From: Hydrolagus affinis
Taxonomy: Eukaryota
DNA: 64,000 bases
NCBI GenBank assembly: GCA_012026655.1
Contig: JAAILG010000702.1
Span: 1-64,000 of the forward strand
Reading direction: 5' to 3'
A program made the position numbers and the translations under genes. The notes beneath the pieces were generated by a model. The model was given only the letters and a program-made list of their open reading frames with translations, was not told where the DNA came from and did no database searches. Positions 53,995 to 64,000 of the stretch are shown here, one piece after another. The stretch's first letter is position 1. Each line of letters opens with the position of its first letter.

Positions 53995-54924
53995 CTGCAG
54001 GATGAGACAAAAGGAAAAGGCCTGGTTTACAACCAACTCATGTTACACTAACTTTTGGAGTTTGAACATTATCATTTGCCTGAGGTGGTCTGGGAATCTA
54101 GATCCTAATCATTTTGAATTAGAAGCACCAAATGGTCTTTACTTTTCTGAGGACTGCAGAAAACCAGCTTAACCAATTGAGACTGAATCTAAAACTGTTA
54201 CCCTCTCCCACCAAAATAAAAAGACTGCTTGATAAAAATTTGAAGCTATTAGTCTTTAGGCTGATGCCATGAGAAATTTCAGATCTCATATTTCCCAAGA
54301 ATGAATTGTTCAGTTCTTTGACTTGACAATAAAGTTTGTTATTGCACTTCCTTGGAGCTGAGAGAGGGACCTCTTTGTACAAGATAGCCTGGGTCTGATC
54401 TGGACAGACCAGAAGAATCCAATGGGACCTGCATTGTTCCAATGTGGATCAGTTCTCAGTTCTCGGTCAGTTCGCAGTCAAACTCTTGTTAACTGTTAAG
54501 TGCTTTGAGGGGCTACTCTGCATAAACAACAACAATAAAGGGCACTGCATAAATGCAACTTATTGTTGTTGTATTACTTAATTGAACTATACAGGAGCTT
54601 GTGGTCGAAATGTAGTGTTCAACTTTTACCTACTATCAAGTTCTAAATAATAAGGTGAGAACCAAACAGAGTGAAATTGGTATGCCCATCACTAGGAAAG
54701 ATGCCATTTAGAGTTTCTTCTTGTACAATTGTCAAAATGTTGATTACAGAAGTGCAGAGTGGGTGAAGTGTAGCAAGTGATTTTATTAAAAGACAGTCAG
54801 TCTTTTGATAAACTTCAATCCTTCAAGTTACAATCTCAGTGTATTTAGCCTTTTTATTAAAAAAAAGGATTGAGCATATGTTATTATTAATTTGAAGAGA
54901 ATTCTAAACCTGTAATTTTATTCA

Positions 54925-55143
<219 letters not shown>

Positions 55144-56546
55144 TCAAGCAGAATTGTGGAATATTTTAAAATTGAAACTTAATTTGAAACCTGTTTTTCT
55201 TAAGACTTGTAGGGAATCTATCTTCCAAATTATGACTGAATTTAACAATTTTCAGTAAATCTGCAACTTCTTAAACTTTAAGCTGATTGTTTTGCAAGAT
55301 GAAATTCCGGGCCTCTTATTTCTAGGAATAAACTGAATTGGCAGCTTGTGAACACGTTACCTCAAACTCTGACACTGTTTATTCTGTTACTGATCAAACA
55401 ATAGCAAACATTCATTCATTTAGATAATGAAAACGCTAGGCAAATATCATTTCACTATTAGGTAAATCTATAGCATTCACATTTAGTAATGCCACTCCAG
55501 TAGTTCCACTGGTGTTCACACATGTATGTGAACTTAGGAACCACTATCTAGCTTATTGTTTCTTATTGTGTCTGTGTGGAGTCAAAGAGTCAATATAATG
55601 CAATTAAATTAATACTATAGGGGACAGTGGTGAATTCAATAATGTACCTCCACATAGCTTCAGTGTTATTGTTATATATGATGTTGGGAATCAATATTAG
55701 GTATTCACAAATCAGATGAATGGCAGGATTAGCTATGAAATCGCTAATGTTCAGTAGAGGGTAAAAGATCACATTCCCACAGACTGCCAAAAGGGAGCTT
55801 TGAGTTTGGCGGTTTTACTTTCTCTCATTTTTTGCTTTGTTTTCTGTGGGTTTTCTTGCAAACTGAGCTTTGGTCAGAATTTTCTTTTTTTTCTTGAAGT
55901 GGAAGCAAAAGACCAGCCACAATAGCAATGAAAAAGTGGCACAGGTCCACCTGCTGACCAGTAATCATTGAACAATAAAAAAAACACAAGAGGAATGGGA
56001 GGCATTTGGGGTGGGGGGGCATTTTGTGGAGCATTTGCAAAACACACAGTCACTCCACTTTACAACAACTGTGAAGCGATTTGAGGCACCCTCCGGATGT
56101 GAATGGTGCAATATCGAATGCAAAGTTATTATTAAAAAGGTAGAACAATTTTTTTTTACTCTCTGCTCTCACAAGCTCCAGCAAACTCAATGTCTCTTTA
56201 TCTGGAAACTTACATCAAACATTAACGTTTGAGTCACATAACGAGATGTATCCTTTCAGATTACTTTAGGGCAGGAAAGGCCTAACTTTGTGAGAAGTGA
56301 GATTTTAGTCTAGAACTGGCTATTTTTAGCACTGAAATATTAGTTGCTGAAGAGGTGATTCATTGGCACAGGGCACATTTATGAAAGGATGATTGTACCA
56401 AGAACAAAGAGGCACATTCTGTGGCAAATAACTATGACAATGAACCTCCTGATCAAACACTTTCTTATGCTGTCAGGGTAATGATTTTGATAAACTTGCA
56501 TCTATTTCCTTTGGTTAAAAGATTCTGATAAAATATTAATTTGTTA

Positions 56547-56750
<204 letters not shown>

Positions 56751-57549
56751 TCACTTTAGTCAAACGTTAAAGATTCTTTCCAACATGATGTGGAGTTCTT
56801 GAGAGATGGAACAATTGGTTGGTGAGTGCGGTGGGATGGTATTATAAGACAACATAAACAGACATCATGGGGCTTGGTCATTCACTTCATGGTTGTTTGC
56901 GGACCACTGCTGTATGCAAATTAGCAGCCATGTTTCCTTACAAAATACACAGTCACTGCACCCTACAGTAAAATCATGTGAAGTGCTTTGAGACATCTCC
57001 ATAATGTGATAAGATGTTGCATCAAATAAATGAAATATTATTTATACTGAATAATTCTATTTACTGAATAATTCAGTATCAAGTAATAAACTGAATGGGA
57101 AGGGAATTCGACGAATTTAAGAGGAGGGCAAAGGGAATAGAGAAGGAAAGGAACGGGAATTAGGAAGCCTGAAGGATTGTGTAGAGTATAAACACTGATT
57201 TTGACTAGTTGGGCCGAAAAACTTGCTTCCATGTTATGGTATTATTATTATGATGGTGGTATTCTATTATAATCCTACGTAATAAAATTGGAGAATAGAC
57301 CGAGGCAGGATTTACTCTCAAAGACTAGGACAAACAATGTAAGAGGAAGGAAAATAACTTGCCAGATATAAAAATGAACAACTTGTCCCTTCAATTTCCT
57401 TCGAAATGACTCCGTTACATGTTACTGTAGATAAAGACTGCATGATTGATTTTAGAGTGTGTCATGATATTCACCTCTGATTACTACAAGAAATCTATGT
57501 ATGTACACAAAGTTGTACACGTGCAATCATATGCAGGTAAAACTTTACA

Positions 57550-57800
57550 AAACGGAAACTGGCCATTTGGCCCAGCTTTTGTGTGCCAATGTTCATACTC
57601 CACATAAGCCTCCACCCCTCCTCCCCTCTCGTGTTTCCTCTAGAAACATCTCCCTCATATATGCATTAAGTTTCTACTGAAATGTATTGATGCTTTCTGC
57701 TTCTACCACACTATCTGAGTTCTCCAATCTCACTACCACCACCACCCTCCGCATAAAGAGGTTCCTTGTAAACTCTCCTTTCCATCTGCTCCTGGTTATC
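57550..57800 (-). mobile_element. CR1 3' fragment
   Basis: Minus-strand peptide YKITRSRWKGEFTRNLFMRRVV...VVEAESINTF. Confidence 0.65.
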
Positions 57801-60800
57801 TTATATGTACCCCCCACCCCGCCCCCCTTTGTTTTGGTCTGCAAAATTATGTACTGTACATAGAAACAAAACTGCATAGATGTATGCAAAACTATGTATT
57901 TCACAAAACTGCATACCAACACTAAACTGTATGCATGTAAACTATGTGCCGGTCATTCTATTTATCTGAAAAGTAGTGACCTATAAAATGTGTACGTTAT
58001 TTACTGATTGTTAAAGTTGTGATTTCTTATTCTGTGATCCTTGATTTGAAGAAGATAATAGCCATGAATTCTTATCCTGTGTTATCTTGCTTTTGCTGAC
58101 TTATAACTTCCAAATTATCAGAAAATGATTATGGCTATAAGACAGCAACAAAGAGAGCAAGAGAGAAAAGAGAGTAAAAAAAGTTGAGAGACTTTGGTTA
58201 GCATCCCCTCCAACTCTCTCAGAGCTGCTGGTTCTAGGACAAGGTTCAATGGATGCAAGCTGTTCTCCAGTGCCTTGTTGAAATACCCATTCTTCAAGTG
58301 GGAGCACAGACAGTAATGAGTTGGCAGGCTATTCAACCACATATGTACTCCAGGTGGTTCACACTTGCAATTGCCAATAAAGAGGTGGGGTATCTAATGA
58401 AGTTGTTTGGTTGACTTTCAGGGTTCACTTTATATACATCTCTTCCATTCCACTGATGGTCAGGGACATTGTCTGTTTCCAAAAGTGTAATGGCTCTGCG
58501 TTTCCGTGTTGGTGGGCATTGCCTTGACAGGATGACAGCTTATTGCGGTACTGAGGGTTTGTCTTATTATTTCACATGATATGGTGAAATGTACAGGGAT
58601 TGTGTATTTGTGGATGAAATTTCTTCAGTGATGAAGTATAATAATAAATACCAATAAATACTATTGGCCTTGTATGCCACATTACATTTCACCGGGCAAT
58701 TTTCTCTCCATGGTTACAAAGCCTAGAAGAAAAAATGCCTGTGTATCTCAGGATGATGAGATTGGTGGGAAGATGTCAAGGCTAGTAACTGCTACAAACA
58801 TTTACCATGGCAACATCTCCAGTGATGTGTTGATAAGATGTTCCTCTGTGGTCTGATACCAAAATTAGATGTAATTCGACAATAAACCAATGGGGTAGGT
58901 TTAGAACAAAACATTTAGTGAGCTTTATTCTGGGTGGGTGGGAGTGGGGTCGTCAAGATGTTCAAGTGTCTATGACCTGCCGGTGGTATTCCAGGTGATC
59001 TGTGAGCCCTCTAGACATTGCACCGAATGGTTTTATGCACTTGACTTGTGTGTCAGGGACATTGAATAACATGCTTTTGTCAACTCTAAAGAGTTTGCGT
59101 TGTTTTTGCCTAAGGCAAAGGCAGAAGTATATAAGGCAGAAGTGACCTTTTCCAGTGTACTTTATGGCTTCATAAAGCTTCGATTATGGGGTACAATAAT
59201 TCAGGCCCCTGGAATCCTCTGCAGCAGGGCTGGAGCTCATTTGTCAGCAGCGGAGACCAGATTTAATGAGGTTGTTAGGTTACGTTTGGTCTTTCAAATT
59301 ATAAGATGATCGAATGGATATGGTATTCTACTGCAACTGGTAGTATAGATTACAGTAAAAAGAAACAAAGTGCTAACAGACAAAATGGACAGCTTCTATA
59401 TTAATTGTTCTGTCTAAGATTGAATGTATTTCTAAACAAGAGCTTGCTGCTCACAGGAATCATCCTTCCATTAATATTAATGAGTAGTAGTTGATTGTCC
59501 TTTGTGCTGGAGGCCAGTGACATTTCATAATAACAACAACAATTGCAAAAACGTGGATTTATATAATGCCCTCCACGCCAGACAGCATCTCAGAATGCTT
59601 CACAATAGCAGACCCAGGACTGAGCGAGGGGGAAGGTAACCCTAGGCGCAGTCAAACATAAGCTGGTGTAAAGTAGATGCGGAATGGAGTGAAAGTTGTA
59701 AAGGATCCTTGCTTTTCAATAGCCTCCTTCACTTCAGGAGGATGTCTCAAAGTGTTTATTGCAATGAGCACTGACTCACTCTATTCTGTGACTGAGTCAT
59801 TATTTGAACATCCAGATAGCAAATATTACATTTACAACCCCATTGTCTACTTTGCTGGTGGTTGAAGACCTTGACACAGGAAGAACCAATATCACATCAC
59901 TATTGCTGTCTAATCGATGATCCATCTACAGCCAGGTGCACAATATGTCAACAACAGTACAAGTTATTCATTCATCTTCCCAGCCATCAATCTTTACTGC
60001 TCTGTGCTTTGGAAGAGGCAAAGTGCTTTGAACCGAGGTCCTGTCCACATATTGAAGTGAACTTCAAAGATCTCAAAAAGAGAAGGGAGTTTCCCCTAGT
60101 GTTCCATCTAACAATCCTCCTCCAACAACAACAATAACAAAATTATATTTATAAAGCACCTTTCACGTCGGGAAGAGGTAGGAGTGGGCAAGGCCATGGA
60201 GGACCTTGAAAGTAAGGATGAGGATCTTGAATTCGGGGGAAGCCATGCATTTTTAGAGAAACAGGGAATTGAAGGATGTTGTTCATATGATTGTGATCTA
60301 TGAAAACACTTCAATAACGATATAATGATGCAATATCTTGTCACTATCTGTAAACTCACTTTGAAATGAGTCGTGGAATACACACAATAGAGGCCCACTC
60401 CAGGATAAGTGCCTATCAATGGAGATTGCGTTTGATTCACAAGCTCCTGGGTAATGAAAGATCATTGCCTCCATCTAAACTGACAAGAATGCCAAAAACA
60501 AAGTTAAAAGGGCTGTCTATTGGGCTTCATTTCTGTACACTAGATCTCCTTATGAAACAATTTTTGCAATGATATGGGGAAGAGCATGAGAGTGGGAATG
60601 ATTAGGTAGGTCCTCCAAAGATCCAGTACAGGTCTCCTTCTGTGCAGTAATAGTCTATGATTCTATAACCAACCAATCTGATATGGTGAACTGGGGCAAG
60701 AGGCTCTGACATGGCCCTCCAATAAACCAGAGGTATCTGTGATGCATCTGAGCATTTGCACCCTACCTCTGCCGAGCACTAGCACCAGTCACAAGGGAGG

Positions 60801-60889
60801 ACAGGAGACCTCTGCAACAGGATAGTCCTTCATACAGGGCTAGATATTAAATCAATTATAAGCCATCATGTAGGGCTAGTTATTTAATC

Positions 60890-61630
<741 letters not shown>

Positions 61631-63320
61631 CTAAGTGACAGGAAAGAAAATATTCAGAGCAAAATTGCACGTTGTATAAAATCCCACTACTTTCAGTTTC
61701 TGAATCCTTTTATTATACCAAGTAGAGGTTTTACCCTCCAAGTTCCTCCAACCTGACAGGAACGTGCTGTACTTGACTCAATACAATTCAGCGCCTTGGG
61801 ACGTCCACCCGACGTGAAAGGCTCTAAATGTAATTTTGTTGTTGTTGTACAATGAGATTGTCACAAATCTAACACCTGCACTTCCCTTAAAGCAAGTAAG
61901 CTTTTGAGTGATAATGGGGTGAAAAATGGCGATGTGATGTTTATCCCAGGCAGTAATCACATTTCTCAACTCTTGTTTTCCGCTTTTATTTCATTACATT
62001 AATATATTCCATTATTTTACACCATTCTTCACTTGCTAGAAATGATGCTTCTGTTAAAGATATGCAGGCCAGATTCATGAGTTTGTGAAATCAATGTTCA
62101 AAATCTCTTACTAAATACAGTCAATTTACTTTGCAATATATTCTGTGAAGCACTTTGAGACATCTCAAGAACATGATAAGATGCTATCTCAAATACAAGG
62201 ATTATTATATTATAAAGTAAAATTATTCCATGTGGATTTTGCTGTGCACAGAGGCAGAATGATTTACTTGATATTCAAGAGTCAGCTGACTCAGATGGTG
62301 GCACCCTTGTGTCAAAGTTATTATTGATAATAAGTTACATGTCCCTTAAAATCCAGAGCAAATTGTGTATCCTAGGTGAAACTTAAGCTTGAATATAAAG
62401 TTGAAATTCTGTTCCCCTTGTTAGCTAGTGACTGTTGCCAGAGGGGTGGGAGTGCATGGGGCATGGGAGAGAGGGGTGCCTGGTCCACAGTACTGTGCTG
62501 AGAACTGGAGGTAGATCCACAATGGCTGTAGCTTAGAAAAGGTGTTGTTATCTTTTGATAAATGCTTAAAGTGGGTGAGATCAATTGCACCAGACAATCC
62601 AGAAGACATAAATCATGTGGTCGAAGCTGCCCTGCAAATGTTAAGTGCTGTTCGTTGTATCAGATCTCTGGGAACGAGAGTGCCCGCTGATTAACTTTCA
62701 CTGGACTCTGCAGGATTTTGTTCTCAGGTTTTACGAGCCTGATTCTAATGAAAATCCTTCTCTTTCAGAGACATCAAGCCATAAATCTCAGGGCAGCATC
62801 AGTACCACACTGAGTACCCTCAAGCTTTTCCACTTTAGTGGGGACTTTCAAGCTAGTATGTCAATTCCCTTTTGTGGCGATGGGGCTTAGGTCATGGCTC
62901 TCCTCTATCATTTTCACAGTGAGGAATATGAAGGATTCACAGAGGGAGTGGAGATATGAACCCACAGGAACCATCCAACTCAGTCTGAGGAACGCAGTAA
63001 ACATTCTTTATACAGTACTTGTGTGAAACTAAAGGGAAATGTCTGGTCTAAATCTGAAATTGGCAACAGTAAATCATCCAATGTGGTGAGATCTTGTTAG
63101 GGCATCAGCCAAAGATGCGGCCCCCACTCCCAAAACGTAGTGATAACTCCATCTCAACTCAATGATAACTGCAGCCCCCTCCCCAGATTCAGTAATGTGC
63201 TCAGGACTGCCGTCCCCACACCCAATGATGGACTCAGCTATCTCCATAGAGATCAGGGTAAAGACGTTTCTTCCGCTGGGCTCGGTGCTTCTTGACAATG
63301 TTTCATTCCCGCTTCTTGCT

Positions 63321-63624
63321 TAATAATAATCCTTGCATTTGATACAGAGTTTTCACGTCTTCTAGATGTCTCAAAGCGCTTCACAAAATATACTGTACAG
63401 TTAATTGACTGTATATTTGCGGGGGAAACACAACAGCCGTTTGGGCACAGCAGAATCCCACAAACAGTCGTGAATTGTGCTACTGAATTATTAGTATTTT
63501 TTTTGGGAGGGATTATTATCAGGAATGTGGAGTAAGGAAACTTGCCCAAGTTTTCGCCCTGCCGGGAATTGAGCCCAGGTATCTTGCTTATATGGCGAGT
63601 GCTCTCACCACTGAGCTACAGGAT
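63321..63624 (-). mobile_element. Full-length tRNA-headed SINE
   Basis: Same family as 8703-9012. Confidence 0.85.
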
Positions 63625-63707
63625 ATTGGATACATAAAAATCTGAAATTCAAAAACGTCTTTATAACATACACCTGTTCTTCAAAAGTGCCTTTGTCAAT
63701 CAATTGG

Positions 63708-63743
63708 ATATATATATATATATATACTATATATATATATATA
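63708..63743. repeat. (TA)n microsatellite
   Basis: Directly visible. Confidence 0.95.
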
Positions 63744-64000
63744 TTGGTCGAGCAATTCTTCAGGATTAAAATCAATACTTAATTGGTTTTCACATTAATG
63801 AAGATAGAAATGGTTAGATAATGCACAATACAATCCCATTTTTCTGAAAACATCTTTATACAAACATTTGCAGTACACAATCTTGAACAATTAAGAAATA
63901 ATTAATAGACATTTCTATTATTTCCTAATACAGTATCATAAGGTTATGATACAGTATCAGAGGTTACAAGGGTCAATTTGACAGAACAATTTAAAATGGA

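Noticed and set aside
58101-58342. Tc1 transposase remnant suggested by WVFQQ
   Set aside because: Only five residues match, with no DDE context or TIRs.
63928-63968. Short duplication/palindrome gtatcataaggttatgatac
   Set aside because: Small local slippage product with no evidence of function.

Overview
Vertebrate genomic DNA. Protein divergence and repeat content suggest a cartilaginous fish, possibly a chimaera (inference). The window holds the convergent 3' halves of two genes. On the + strand are the last 13 coding exons of CTTNBP2 (3632-26890). On the - strand are CFTR exons 11-27 in human numbering (61630-30551), covering most of NBD1, the R domain, TMD2, NBD2 and the C-terminal PDZ motif ETRL. 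I traced all 30 exons by hand: each has GT-AG boundaries and the phases join into open frames. Introns are dense with tRNA-headed, Deu-like SINEs, L2 and CR1 LINE 3' fragments, one hAT-like end, palindromic elements and minisatellites, plus a 100-N gap. Most short ORFs in the supplied track are noise or retroelement fragments. I found no convincing new multi-gene system. The best leads are natural NBD1-stabilising residues and an altered potentiator site in CFTR, a very compact CFTR/CTTNBP2 junction, several unexplained hairpin elements, and a NAGNAG exon with a duplicated branch-point region. Comparisons with human sequences are from memory, not from a database search.
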